Made by a program: the position numbers and the translations under genes. Below, one piece after another: positions 51,971-64,000 of a stretch of DNA of 64,000 bases. The notes under the pieces were generated by a model that made no database searches, had not been told where the DNA came from, and saw only the letters and a list, made by a program, of their open reading frames with translations. Each line of letters opens with the position of its first letter. Positions within the stretch are counted from its first letter, which is position 1. Location: the NCBI GenBank assembly GCA_963700285.1, contig CAVOXA010000005.1, positions 1 to 64,000 on the forward strand, read 5' to 3'. This DNA is from an uncultured Chloroflexia bacterium (GTDB lineage: Bacteria; Chloroflexota; Anaerolineae; JAAYZQ01).

Positions 51971-52690
51971 GTGACGAGAGGTGGCAAAGCTTTGAACATC
52001 AGGATCCTGTTCGTCGAAAAGGATCTGACCACCGCTGATCTACTGGCCCCCAGCCTGCAACGAGCTGGATATCGGGTGACCGTTGCGCATACCTCGCGCC
52101 AGGCATCGGGCCGTGCACGTACCGCACGGCCGGATCTACTCATCATAGATGTGGCGTCGTTTGGCCCAAGGGGGTACAGCGTCAGCGAGGCGATCCGTGC
52201 CCGCCTGGACGGCGTCGCCAGCATCCTGCTCCTGCCCGAGGGACACGAAAGCGTGGGCAGTAGCGCCGAAGCCTTTCTGACGCCTCCTTTCACCTCACGG
52301 CGCCTGCTGTACCGGGTCAAGAATCTGGCCCGCTCCTTGCCCAACCGCGAGATCCGGGCCGGTAGCCTTGCCCTGGACCCTGACGCGCGCACGCTTCGCT
52401 GGGGTGAGACAACCGTACAACTGCGGCCCAAGGAGGTGGACCTGCTGGCTCTGTTTGTGCGCCGTCGAGGCAAGGTCCTCAGCCGCCAGGAGATCATGGA
52501 GAAGGTCTGGGAGACCGACTATCTGGAGGACACCCGCACGCTCAACGTCCACGTGTGCTGGCTCCGCGCCAAGATCGAGGACACACTCGGTGCGCCGCGC
52601 TGCCTGCGGACAGTCCGCGGCGTGGGTTATCGTTTTGATGTGCCGGAACCAGACGCAGACTTGGCTCCAGAAGACACCGCCGGCTCGTGA
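51971..52690 (+). CDS. OmpR-family response regulator with a degenerate receiver
   Basis: LRPKEVDLL, RTLNVHVCWLRAKIE, TVRGVGY winged helix. Confidence 0.88.
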   Translation: MTRGGKALNIRILFVEKDLTTADLLAPSLQRAGYRVTVAHTSRQASGRARTARPDLLIIDVASFGPRGYSVSEAIRARLDGVASILLLPEGHESVGSSAEAFLTPPFTSRRLLYRVKNLARSLPNREIRAGSLALDPDARTLRWGETTVQLRPKEVDLLALFVRRRGKVLSRQEIMEKVWETDYLEDTRTLNVHVCWLRAKIEDTLGAPRCLRTVRGVGYRFDVPEPDADLAPEDTAGS

Positions 52691-52851
52691 GGATGTCAGG
52701 CACGCAGAAACGAGCTCGTTGCGATACAGCACCATTCGTGGGCCCGGCAAGGCGGGGGTAATCAAGGCGACTATGAACCTTTACGGGTTCGGGACCTTGC
52801 ACTGTTGGCCTCATGCCTGACGTGATAGACTCAATTCTGAAAGGGGACGCC

Positions 52852-53844
52852 ATGACCTCAAGACACAAACGGATTCTTCTGATCGCCGTACCGGCCATTC
52901 TCCTACTGCTGGTCGCGGTCATCGCCGGGACCTACTGGATGATTGGGCCGGCGGTGCGGTGTGAATTGCCTGAACAAGCGACCGCTGAGGCGGGTTGGAC
53001 GGCTCGAACCATCATCTCTGCCGGTCTGGAGCGCTGTTATTCCCTGTATGCTCCACCCACGTACGACTCGTCCCAACCACTGCCCGTTGTTTTTAGCTTC
53101 CACGGCTTCCTGTCGAATCCGGAGAGCCAGGCACTGATCAGCGGCTGGCACAAACTCGCTGACCAGGAGGGCTTTCTGGTGGTTTACCCTCAGGGTCAAA
53201 AGTTCCCCCAGCGGTGGGATTCCGGCGCAACCTGGGGCGATTCGAACGTGGATGACGTCCAGTTCTTTCGCGACATCCTAGATGATCTGTCGTTGGTTGC
53301 CGCAGTGGATCGTTCGCGGGTCTATGTCAACGGCTTTTCGAATGGCGGCGGTATGACGGTCCGCATCGGCTGTGAGGCATCCGACCTGATGGCGGCCATA
53401 GGCACGGTGGCCGCGGCGGTCGTCTCCATGGAGGATTGCAGTCCCTCCCGCTCCGTGCCGGTCATGGCATTTCACGGTACAGCCGACCCCATCGTAAACT
53501 ACGAAGGTGGCGACATGCGCGGCTGGCTGCTGCGCTGGGGGGCAGGCGTCTCGGACGCGCCCACCTACTTTGTGGCCGCCCAGGACTGGGTCGCTACCTG
53601 GGCGGAGAGCAACGGCTGTGATGCCGTGCCGGAGGACATCCCGGCGCAGGGCGACGCGAGCGGCGTGCGCTTCATCGGGTGTGACGAGGATGCTGAGGTG
53701 GTCTTTTATACCATCGATGGCGGGGGACACGCCTGGCCCGGCGGCTGGCCAATCCCCGGCGTGGGCAAGACCAGCCAGGACATCGACGCGACCGAGGAGT
53801 TGTGGAGGTTCTTCCAATCGTATCGCCTGGAAGATCAGCCATAG
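52852..53844 (+). CDS. PHB-depolymerase/LpqC-type esterase
   Basis: FHG, VVYPQG, VDDVQF, GFSNGG, HGTADP, GGHAWPG; N-terminal TM. Confidence 0.88.
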   Translation: MTSRHKRILLIAVPAILLLLVAVIAGTYWMIGPAVRCELPEQATAEAGWTARTIISAGLERCYSLYAPPTYDSSQPLPVVFSFHGFLSNPESQALISGWHKLADQEGFLVVYPQGQKFPQRWDSGATWGDSNVDDVQFFRDILDDLSLVAAVDRSRVYVNGFSNGGGMTVRIGCEASDLMAAIGTVAAAVVSMEDCSPSRSVPVMAFHGTADPIVNYEGGDMRGWLLRWGAGVSDAPTYFVAAQDWVATWAESNGCDAVPEDIPAQGDASGVRFIGCDEDAEVVFYTIDGGGHAWPGGWPIPGVGKTSQDIDATEELWRFFQSYRLEDQP

Positions 53845-53989
53845 ACTACTCCCCTCCCACACTCCCACATCGCTCAACGAGGTAGCCTCCTTTTCCTTCT
53901 TGTGCTATAATCCGCTTGGCTCTTTTCCGTGGCTCAGCTAGAATCCTGTCATGAGGATTTCGTGCATGGTTGTCCGCGAGGTTTGAGAA

Positions 53990-54649
53990 ATGCAAGAGGC
54001 AAGGCTGATCCGGGTGCTGGTGGTGGAGGACCATGCGGTGGTTCGGGAGGGTTTGTGTTCTCTGCTCACCGCCAGGTACGGTGTCCAAGTCGTCGGTCAG
54101 GCCGCCGATGGCTTCGAGGCTGTGGAAAAGGCGGAGGCGCTGAAACCGGACGTGATCCTGATGGACCTGGCCATGCCGCGCATGACAGGACTGGAGGCCA
54201 TCCTGAAGATCCGGGAGAAGGATCCGGATGCCCGCATCCTGGTTCTGACAAGCTTCAGCGAGGACACCAAGGTCTCGGCGGCGATCAGGGCCGGTGCGAT
54301 GGGCTTTCTCCTGAAGGACTCCAGCGTCGATGATCTGGCTCATGCCATCCAGAGTGTGTATCGGGGCAACCTGTCGCTGCCGCAAGGGCTGGCCCAGAGA
54401 ATGATGGCCGGACTCTTTGGCACGGAAGGCGATGCAGCGCCGATGGAGCAACTGACCAGGCGCGAGCTGGATGTGCTCAAGTGCGTGGCACAAGGCATGT
54501 CCAACGCCGAGATCGCCCAAGACCTCTCGATCAGTGTGCCTACCGTGCACTCACACGTGCACAACCTGCTGGACAAGCTGAACCTGACGAGCCGCACCCA
54601 GGCTGCCCTGTATGCGGTCGAGATCGGCCTGGTCACACCCCAGAACTGA
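53990..54649 (+). CDS. NarL/LuxR-family response regulator
   Basis: VEDH, LMDLAMP, LTSF, LLKD, LTRRELDVL..GMSNAEIA. Confidence 0.93.
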   Translation: MQEARLIRVLVVEDHAVVREGLCSLLTARYGVQVVGQAADGFEAVEKAEALKPDVILMDLAMPRMTGLEAILKIREKDPDARILVLTSFSEDTKVSAAIRAGAMGFLLKDSSVDDLAHAIQSVYRGNLSLPQGLAQRMMAGLFGTEGDAAPMEQLTRRELDVLKCVAQGMSNAEIAQDLSISVPTVHSHVHNLLDKLNLTSRTQAALYAVEIGLVTPQN

Positions 54650-57600
54650 GTGGATCGTCCAGCTCTACAGCTCTACCAGGTTGAGCCGATGCTGCGATGC
54701 GCGTGCCATCGCCAGGGCGCGGACGAGATCTCCAGCCGGCCGCCCAGCCGCTCGATGCGCTCGCGCATATCGTCGAGACCATATCCAGACGAAACCTGTT
54801 GCGGGTCGAAGCCGCAACCGTCATCGGCGACCCCCAGATCTACCTTGGAAGCGCTTAGCCATAGCCGCACCGTCACCTCCGAGGCTCCGGCGTGCTTGAG
54901 CGTGTTGTTCAAGGCTTCCATGGCCAGGTAGTAGAGCTCTCTTTCCAGGGCCGGGGGCAGTTCCAGGCTCTCCTTCCGCCTGATAGATGATGGTCGCCTT
55001 CATGCCTGCGCGCCGCTCCACGGCGTCGAAGCGCTGCTCAAGGGTCCGGATCAAGCCCTCTTGCTCCAGCACTTCCGGCCGCAACTCGTACAGCAGCAGA
55101 CGCATCTCGCGCAGGGCTTGGAGTGCGGTGCCCTCCAGCCGACTGAGGCTGGTAATCAGCCGCTCGGTATCCCCTTCTTCGGCAGCATCACGCCCTGACC
55201 GGGCAAAGAGGCTCAGGCTGTAGAGCGACTGGGTGACCGAGTCGTGCAGGTCGCGGGCCAATCTCCCCCGCTCCTCCAACGTGACTGCGGCCTCAATGAC
55301 GCTGGCGCAGCCGGTGGTTCTCCACGCTCACGCCAACTTGCTCGGCCAGGGCCAGCAGAAGTGAGCTTTCATCCAGTGAGAACCCGTGAGGAGAGGCCCG
55401 ATAGTAACTAACCCATCCGCCGGGGATCGGCACCCCCAGGTAGGTCGGAAACCCATCCAGGTGGAGTTGGCGGGGCAGCGCGGCCACCCTTTCCTGATCA
55501 GCGATCACAATGGGTTCCCCGATCTGGTCGAGCCGCCGCAAGAATTCACTGTCAACGACAATGGCCAGCAATCGCTGGCGCATCCCGGGAGGCAGGTTGC
55601 CCTGGGCGGCCAGTGTCAGGGTCGTTCTCTCCTGCGTCGAGAAGGTGGATGCACATGGCATCGCAGGAGCCAAGTTCCAGAATGCGGCCGGGGACCGGAT
55701 CCAGCATGTCCGGTAGGTCCTGCGTGCCGATGGCCAAGGTGGTCAGGTCGAAAAAGGTGGCTAGCTCCCGGGTGCGAGCCGCAATGCGTTGGTCCAGGGT
55801 TTCCAGAACCTCTTCCCGCAGCAGGGCGCTACCCAGAATCCCGACAATGACCTCCAACACCTGGAGGTGCCGCCGGAGATCCAGTTCGGAAGAGGCCAGG
55901 CAATGGCAGCCCAGAAAGCCGATCATCTCCTGCCTGGCATAGACCGGTATCACCAGATGGGATCCGCCGACATCCTCGAAGAGGGAGATCTTCGTCCTGG
56001 CGCACGCGAGCAGCCGGAGACATATCTTCAACGCAAAACCGATCCTCGCTCACGTAGCTCCTCGAGCCAACCAGGCAACTTCTGGCAGCGTCCCGCCCTC
56101 GACGCCATCGAAGATTGGCGCCACCCCGGAGGCACACCATTCGTGGACCCTGCGTACCGTCTGGCCGTCACTCTGCAGGTGAACCAGAAAGACCCGGTCG
56201 GCGCCAACGAGTTCGCCGGTCTCGGCCAGTACGTTGGCAATGGCCTGGTCAAAGTCGGTGGCCTGCATCAATCTTGTGGAGATGGTGGCCAGGCCCTGCT
56301 GGACGACCAGTCGCTCTCGGGTCTCGGCTTCGGCCCGCTGACGTTGATCTACCTCACGCTGGAGGCGTTCGACGGCGTCATTGAGCTCGGCTGTCCGCAT
56401 CCTGGACCCGCTGCTCCAACTGGTCGTGGGCTTCCTGCAGGGCGGCTTCGGCCTGCCAGCGCTGCAGCGCGCTGCCGATCATCTGGGACGCTGTGCGCAG
56501 CACCGTGATCTCCTGTGCGTCCCATTCCCGAGCCGTCTGGCAGTCGTCAAAGCCGACGTAGCCCCACCACTCGTCGCCAAAGTGGATGGGGAAGAACTGT
56601 ACCGACAGGATCGACTGCTCCAGCAGGCTCTTGCGCAGGTCGGGCGTGGAGGCAAAGAGCTCCACGGTTGGCCCACCGCGGGGTTGGCCCGCCTCTAGTG
56701 TCCTGCGATTCTGCTGCGGTGCCAATGACCAGGGCCGTTTTTGGTGGAGGGGGTCGTCAAGATGGCTTGGCAAGCCAGGCACGACCGCCTCGGCCACGAT
56801 GCGGGTGCAGAAACCCGCCTCGGGATCGTGAAAGTTCCGGTAGACATAGGCCCGGCTGGCCTGCACGGCTTCCAGTAGATAGGCGAGCGTTTCGTTCAGC
56901 AGACCTCTGTTCAAGAACTGAGGGTCAACTGCCTTGAGCAGTACTTGCGACGAGGCGGCCAGGGCTTGTTCGTGCCGCACCCGTCGCTCCAGAGCTTGTT
57001 CTGCTCGCTTGCGGGCCGTGATATCCTGCTTGACCGCCACAAAGTGGGTGATTGTACCCAATCTGTCCCGCACGGGCGAGATGATGGCCGATTCCCAGTA
57101 GTAATGCCCATCCTTTCTCTTGTTGAGTAGCTCCCCCTCCCACACCTGGCCGCGGGTGATGGTCTGCCATAGCTCTGTGTAGACCTCTGGGGGCATCTGC
57201 CCCGACTTGAGGATGCGGGGGTTCTGCCCCATCGCCTCCTGGGCCGTATGGCCGGTGATGCGCGTAAAGGCAGGGTTCACAAACTCGATGCGGCCCTCCA
57301 GGTCTGTGACGAGAATCGTGCTGTCACTCTGCTCGACAGCCCTCGAGAGCTTCCGCAACTGCTCTTCAGCTTCTGTACGCTGGGTGATATCCGTAGAGAT
57401 TCCGCCGATCCGGTAGCCTTTTTCGGTCCTGATCGGAAACAGCCGTTGCTCCACATTCCGGATCGCCCCATCGGTGCGCCGGTAGACGGCTTGAAGGGTC
57501 TCGTCCAGCCAGGGGGCTTCTCCCGTATGCAGAGCTCCCACCATCCCGGCTTTCAACCGCTCGTACGTTTCGGCTGTTCTATGTTCATTTGTGACGAGCC

Positions 57601-60600
57601 GGAATTGGACATCCCAGGCAGGAACGCCCAGCACCTCCTGGCGTGTCAGCCCCGCGATCGCCTCCAGGCTAGAGTTCCACTCGATGACGGCGCCTCCCTC
57701 GTCGACCACGAATATGCCATCGGCAGACTGCTCGACGAAGCCACGAAACTTGGCCTCGCTCTGTTGAAGGGCCAGCAAGGCTTGCACCCTCTCGGTGATA
57801 TTCTCGTGAGCGATCGCCACCTGGACGCCTTGAGGGCTCTCAAAGCGGGTCACCCGCATCTCAAACCATCGCTCTTCCCCCGGGCTGTGGCAGGGATACT
57901 GCAGCCAGAACTGGGGACGTTGGCCAGCCATCACCTCGCGGAGCCCCGCGACTACGTCCTGTGCGGTCTGGGCTTCCGCCCCTACTGCCGCCTCGGTTGC
58001 CACCAGGTAGTTGCGGCCTACGCCATCGTCCTCCCAGGCCAGGCTGTTCTGCTTAGCAAAGCGACGCCACGAGGCATTGACGGTCACAATCGTTCCCTCG
58101 CTGTCCAGGATAGCGATATGGGCCGACAGGGAATCGAGTGCGGCCTGCAGGAACTCCTGGGACTGGCGCAAGGCGTCTTCGGCCCGCTTGCGCTCGGTGA
58201 TGTCGCGGATCGCAGCCACCCGGACAGGACGTCCCTGGTAGGGAATCACCCTGACGCGGACTTCGGAGTCAAAGACCGAACCATCCTTGCGCACGCCTTT
58301 CGATTCATAGGGCGTTTCATCTCCCAAGGCAACGTACCCGGCAACCTTGTCGTGAGCTTCGGGGGGGAAGAGCATGTAGACACTCTGCCCGACCAGTTCA
58401 GCCTGGTCGTAGCCGAACAGTTCTAGGGCTGCCTCGTTCGCCTGGAGGATGGTTCCCTGATCGTGGATGACCACCGCCTCGAAGGCTGATCGGAAAACAA
58501 GGTGCCACCAGGGCTGGCTGACGGTAACCCGGATCGACGTCCCGTCCTCATTCCACAAGCCGTCATCATTGGCGGCTTTGACCCGAAAGGTGTAGGTTCC
58601 GGGCGGCACGTTGGTGTACACCGCCTTGCGGTCCCGGGCATCGGTATAGATCCAGTCCCGATCAAAGCCCTCCAGTTGGTAGGCAAAGCGGTTCTTGTGG
58701 GGCTGGCGGTAGTTGAGGGCCGAGAACTCGAAGGCAAAGATATAGTCCTCAGGAGCCAGCTCGATCTGCTCAGCGAAGTTGATGTGCTCCTTGAGCGGTC
58801 CCGACTCGCTGATTGGCACCGGCTGGTTGCCCAGCAGAAAGTCGGTCAGTACCACGGGCGGCAGGTAGGGGTTCTCCTGGATGTCGCCAGGATGAAAGAC
58901 ATTGAAGCCGTTGATGCCGCCAAAGTAGAGCCTGCCCAGCCGGTCCTTGTAGAACGCCCCATCGGCGAACTCGTTGGCCTGTACACCGTCGTGCACATCA
59001 TAGTGGGTGAAGCGCTCTGTGGTGGGATCGAAGCGGTTGATGCCCCGGTTGGTGCTCAACCACAAACACCCGTGATCGTCGACCAGCACGCCGTACACGA
59101 CGTCGTTGCTCAGCCCATCCTTCTCCCGGTAGGCCGTGAACCGTCCGGTCTCTGGGTCGAAGCGATTGAGCCCTCCCCGGGTTCCGATCCATAGATGGCC
59201 CTGCGCATCCTCGGCAATGCAGGTGACATAGTCATGACTGAGGCTGTAAGGATCTCCCTTGCAGTGCCGATAGCGGATGAACCTTGACTCATCCCCAGGC
59301 GCGAATCTGTTGAGCCCGCCATTGGTTCCGATCCACACGCGGCCTGCAGCATCGGTATGGATGGCCCGGACCAAGTCGTGGCTGATGCTGTCCGGGTCAT
59401 TCTCGTCGTGCAGATACCGGACGAATCCCTGAGCCGCATCCGCCCGGTTTAATCTGTTGAGGCCGCCATACGTGCCAATCCATAGGTTCCCCTTGCCGTC
59501 CTCGGCAAGCGCCAGGATGAGATTGTGACTGAGACTGGAAGGGTCGTCTTGTTTGTGCCGATAGCGGACAAAGGTTGGAGGCGAATCCGGGTCGTCGCCC
59601 GGTACCAGCCTGTGCAGCCCAGCACCGGTGCCAATCCACAATCGACCCTGAGCATCCTCACAAAGGGCCAAGACAGCGTTGTCGCCCAAGGGCTGCGAGC
59701 GATTCGCGTCGGGCAGAGCCCGTCCAGTCACCCAGACTGTGCGGATCGTCCTCGCGGTGGCCAAAGTGAACAAACCCGGCCATCGCCTCGTCCGTCGTGC
59801 TCCTGTTCAGCCCGCCACCATAGGTGCCGATCCACAGAAAGCCCTGAACGTCCTCCAGGAATGCAGTGACCGCATTGCTGCTCAGCGCACCCGGCGTCTT
59901 TTGCTCTCTGCGAAAGTGACCGAACGCCCGGGTGCTTCTGTCGAACTTGTTGAGCCCCACCGAGTGCCGATCCACAGGATGCCCTGGGCATCCTCTGCCA
60001 GGGACAGGATCTCGCTGTAACTCAGACTGGCAGGATCGCCTTCCTCGTGGTAGTGCCTGGCGGAATCGCTTCGTTGGTCTGTCGAGCTCGTTGAGCCCAC
60101 GTCCGGTGCCCACCCACAGCGTGCCTGCGGCGTCCTCAAGCAGCGTTGTGACATAGTCGTGGCTCAAGCTATGGGGATTGCCACCCTCATGCTGGTACCG
60201 GACGAACGAGGGTAACTGAGCTGCGGTGTCCAGCGCGTTCAGGCCGCCTGTCTCTGTCCCAATCCACAAGACCCCCTGGGCATCCTCACAAAGGGCAGTG
60301 ACATTGTTGCTGCTCAGGCTGTGCGAGTCTTCCCTTCTGTGCCGGTATCGTGCGAATTCCCCGGTCTCCCGGTCGAGTCGGGCGAGCCCTCCCCCATGCG
60401 TCCCGACCCACAGGGCACCGCGAGCATCCTCCAGGAGGGCCATGACGGTGTTGCTGCCCAGGCTGTGCGGATCTTCTGGATCATGCTGGTAGGCGGTCGA
60501 AGCGTCCAGTCCGCCGATCGAGCCGGTAGAGGCCCTGTCCCACCGTCCCAATCCACAGCATGCCTTGAGAATCCTCAAGAATCGCTCGGACCATGACCCG

Positions 60601-60921
60601 ATCCAGGCCAGGTGGATCCTCTTGATTCGACCGGTAGGGGGTGAACACCTCGGACCTTTTGTCAAATCGCACCAGTCCCCGATCCGTGCCCAGCCACAGA
60701 TCGCCTTCAGAGTCTTCCAGGATGGCATAGATCACGTTGGTGCTGAGGCTGGTCGGGTCGGTTGGGTCGTGGCGATAGACGGTGAATGTATACCCATCGT
60801 ATTTGTTGAGTCCGTCCTGCGTGCCGATCCACAGGAACCCCTGGCTGTTCTGTAGAACCGAATACACGCAGCCTTGAGATAGCCCATCCTGCGAGCCCCA
60901 AACGCTCAAAGCGGGTGACAT
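54633..60921 (-). CDS. giant sensor histidine kinase: Reg_prop beta-propeller + YYY + 4 PAS + GAFs + HisKA_3/HATPase; several frameshifts
   Basis: many (A)ED..G.LWIGT..GL repeats, YTNVPPGTYTFRVKAAN, RDITERK-type PAC ends, ERGRLARDLHDSVTQ, EALNN.LKHA, DDGCGF. Confidence 0.87.
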
Positions 60922-61179
60922 TGCCTTCTACACGTTCGCACTTTGGTTGCCTCCTAGCAAGCAGCGCCGGAACCGCACATCCGAGAGGCGGTTCGCTGAC
61001 CCTGCCATTATAGCACGTCGAGCTGTGTGGGGTCAACTGCGATCTGGGGTCGCAAAGGCGCCGGTTGGACCCTTGAATCGCTACGGCGAGCCAGGCGCCG
61101 GCGGAGAATGGTCCTTGTACAGGCGTGGTGCGCCCTGAAATACTGGCAACGACGGCTTGGGCATCCAGGAGTCACAGAC

Positions 61180-61237
61180 TTGACATCCTCTGCGGCACAT
61201 GATAGAATCCTGCGCCTGTACTAAACGACCGTTCAGT
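61180..61237 (+). promoter_or_regulatory. sigma70 promoter and TetR-type operator
   Basis: TTGACA-17bp-TAGAAT (61203); ACTAAACG-AC-CGTTCAGT dyad at 61220-61237. Confidence 0.75.
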
Positions 61238-61298
61238 CAGGCTGACGGCCCAGCTTGGCTGGGTTGACCTGTTCCCGTGAGAGGCAGAGGAGGCCAAG

Positions 61299-61887
61299 AT
61301 GGTGACAAGCGACCAGGCCGCAGGACGACAATGCATCCTGGAGCAAGCACAACAGCTCTTTTTCGCGCATGGTTATCATGGCGTGTCCATCCGCGATATC
61401 GTCCAGGCCTGCGGGCTGTCCAACGCGGCGCTCTACTATCACTTTGGGAGCAAGCAGAATCTCTACGTAGAGGTGATCAGAGGGTTTGTGGCCAGCGTGG
61501 TCCAGCCGGTGCAGGAGGCGGAAGCGGGCAGCGGCTCCAGCCGTGAGCGACTGACCAGAATGGTTCTGGCGTTCGCCCGGTTTAGCTCCGAGTCACGGAG
61601 CGAGCTTCACACGCTGCTGCGTGACCTCACAGCGTGTGAGGGCGAGGAGATCCAGCAGTTGATCCCCGAGGTGACAGGGCAGGTCCTGTCCCCGTTTGCC
61701 GCGGTCCTGGAGGATGGCATCGCCGCCGGCGAGATACGAGCGGTGGATGTGCATCGTACCAGCTTCTTGCTGATGGGCATGCTCAACTCCCTGGCCGCTC
61801 GCCGCATGCATGGACCTGTGGCCGAGACCACTGGCAGAGGACGTGGATCTGGCAATCAGCACACTATTTGAAGGGATTGGCACATAG
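61299..61887 (+). CDS. TetR/AcrR family regulator; C-terminal frameshift
   Basis: LFFAHGYHGVSIRDIVQACGLSNAALYYHFGSK. Confidence 0.9.
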
Positions 61888-61909
61888 ATGGTAGCGCGCA
61901 GAACAGGGT

Positions 61910-62720
61910 TTGAGGCAAGGCGATGCCGGCACGATACTCAAGCCGTCATCGGAACCGATCATCCAGTTGCGGGACCTGGTCAAGGTCTACGAAACCGGAG
62001 CAGGTGGTTTCACGGCCATAAACGGCATCAACCTGGATATCCACAGGGGAGAGTTCCTGGGGGTCATCGGCAAGTCGGGCGCCGGCAAGACCACGCTGCT
62101 CAACCTGATCTCCGGCGTCAGCGAGATCACCTCGGGTGAGGTGCTCTTTTACGCGGCGTCGATTCCGACGCGCGCGACAATGGCCAGCGAGCAGCGCAGC
62201 GAAAGGCCATCTCGGTGCACGGCATGAACGAGAACGAGCTGGCCGTGTGGCGCGGCAACAACATGGGGATCGTGTACCAGTCCTTCGAGTTGATGCCTCA
62301 ACTGAACCTGGTGCAAGAACATCATGCTGCCCCAGGACTTTTCTGGGCACCTACCGGCCCAGAATCAGCCAGGAGCACGCGCTGGAGCTGCTGGACAGGG
62401 TCGAACTGACCGAACACGCCTACAAGCTGCCGGCGCATACCTCCGGCGGCCAGAAGCAGCGCATCGCCATTGCCCGGGCCCTGGTCAACGACCCGCCGGT
62501 GATCATTGCCGACGAGCCGACCGGCAATCTGGACACGGTGACCACCGAGACGATTTTCCGGATCTTTGAGGCCCTGGTGGCACAGGGCAAGACCATCATT
62601 CTGGTCACGCACGACAACAGCCTGGCCGCTCGCTTTTCGCGGCGGGTGTACATCTCCGATGGCAAGGTTGTGGACAGCTACGACCAGAGCACGTTTTGCG
62701 GCAGAGAGAGAACCCGGTGA
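61910..62720 (+). CDS. ABC ATP-binding protein (LolD/MacB-like); frameshifted
   Basis: [30 protein letters not shown]. Confidence 0.85.
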
Positions 62721-63972
62721 TGCCTCTGCAAGCGATCGAGTCCGTTGCCGTGGCTGCCACGGAACAGTCCGGGACAGGCGAGCGGGCAGGGACGAAGCCG
62801 CAAGCGCCAGGGAACAACGGACCCGCCGTGCAGGCCTCCGAACCGGCACCAGAGCGATGCGGCAATCGTCCTGCGCGATGTGGTCAAGACCTATGTGAAC
62901 GCCGCGGGTGAGTTCCCCGCCCTGAAGGGCATCAACCTGCAGATGTGCTACGGGCAGTTTGTCTCCCTCGTCGGCAAGTCTGGCTGTGGCAAGTCCACGC
63001 TGCTGAACATGCTCACCGGCATCGATCACCCCACCTCGGGCGAGGTGATCGTGGGCGGGCAGAACATCTACGAGATGACCGAAAGCCAGCGGGCGTTGTG
63101 GCGCGGCCGCAACGTGGGCATCGTCTTTCAGTTCTTCCAGCTCCTGCCGACGCTGACGCTGCTGGAGAACACGATGCTGCCCATGGACTACTGCGACGTA
63201 TACCGGACCAGCGAACGACCGCAGCGCGCCATGGAGCTGCTGGCAATGGTCGGGCTGGAGGAGCAGGCCCACCAGCTGCCGGCCTCGGTGTCCAGCGGGC
63301 AGCAGCAGAGCGCCGCCATCGCCCGGGCGCTGGCCACCGATCCGCCGATCATCGTGGCCGACGAGCCGACCGGCAACCTGGACTCGCGCTCGGCGGAGGC
63401 CATCCTGCGCCTGTTCGGAGAGCTGGCCGATCAGGGCAAGACGATTCTGCTGGTCACCCACGATCCCTCCTTTACCAAGGCCACCGACCAGACGGTGATC
63501 CTCTCCGATGGCGAGATCATCGACGAGCTGGTGGCGCGGGCCCTGCCTCTGCTGAGCCATCCGCAGATGCTCGAGGCGACCCACCAGGCCGAGAAGCGGC
63601 GGTATGAGCCGGGCTCGCTGATCATCCAGCAAGGGCAGCAGGTGGACCATTTCTTTATGATCGCCAGCGGAGAGGTAGACGTTGTGCTCAGCAGTCCGGG
63701 CTGTCCGGAGATTTCCCTGGCCCGCCTGGGAGAGGGCCAGTTCTTTGGCGAGGTCGAACTGCTGCACAGCGAGAACTCGATCGCCAGCGTGCGCGCTGCC
63801 GCCACGGGACCGGTCGAGCTGTCGTTGCTGTCCAAGAATGGCTTCCAGCAAGTTGCTGGGAGGATCGCCGTCCACGCGGGAGATGGTGGCCAAAGTGGCC
63901 CAGACGCGCCTGGAGGAGAATCTGGCGCAGAATGGGCCATTCTGGGGATTGCGAATAAGGGGGCACAGATGA
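62720..63972 (+). CDS. ABC ATP-binding protein (LolD/MacB-like) with a C-terminal cyclic-nucleotide-binding domain; frameshifted
   Basis: [33 protein letters not shown], then [32 protein letters not shown]. Confidence 0.82.
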
Positions 63973-64000
63973 AACAGATCGAGGGCGATTCTCAAGGGAG

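Noticed and set aside
58900-60900. Recurring GTGCCGATCCACAG-like motifs as a CRISPR array
   Set aside because: They encode the LWIGT repeats of beta-propeller blades; degenerate, no cas genes.
62322-63995. Long antisense ORFs (e.g. 557 aa here, 17899-19173, 24015-25223, 41636-42976)
   Set aside because: Shadow frames of GC-rich genes with clear motifs on the other strand.

Overview
GC-rich bacterial window, most consistent with a Chloroflexota/Anaerolineae-like anaerobe (inferred from gene content: MalT-type LuxR, META and NBR1-Ig lipoproteins, MttB). Many genes carry single-base frameshifts that look like long-read consensus errors, so several calls are stitched across frames. In order: csp, carD, a B12 radical-SAM gene, and a peptide ABC operon decayed by deletions. 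Then an RpiR-led operon: C45 Ntn-hydrolase, non-Pyl MttB methyltransferase, an animal-type opine dehydrogenase, and a large cobalamin-binding protein apparently fused to a GlmL/MutL-type reactivase. This is the best candidate for an undescribed pathway. Next: cupin, cytoplasmic Mo/W-bisPGD enzyme plus small Fe-S subunit, CruF-like protein, xylB, then a MalT-like regulator before three tandem rifampin-phosphotransferase-like genes (only one has a complete ATP-grasp), MFS and VOC. Further: META-S41 protease, CPBP protease, a hybrid kinase with an ECF S-component-like N-terminus next to a receiver and a large SF2 helicase, a holin-like gene, an SBP-NBR1 lipoprotein, regulators, an esterase, a giant beta-propeller/PAS/GAF kinase lacking membrane anchors, and TetR plus two ABC ATPases (one with a cNMP domain). 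An 88-bp terminator+promoter module occurs twice. No rRNA, tRNA, CRISPR array or transposase was recognised.
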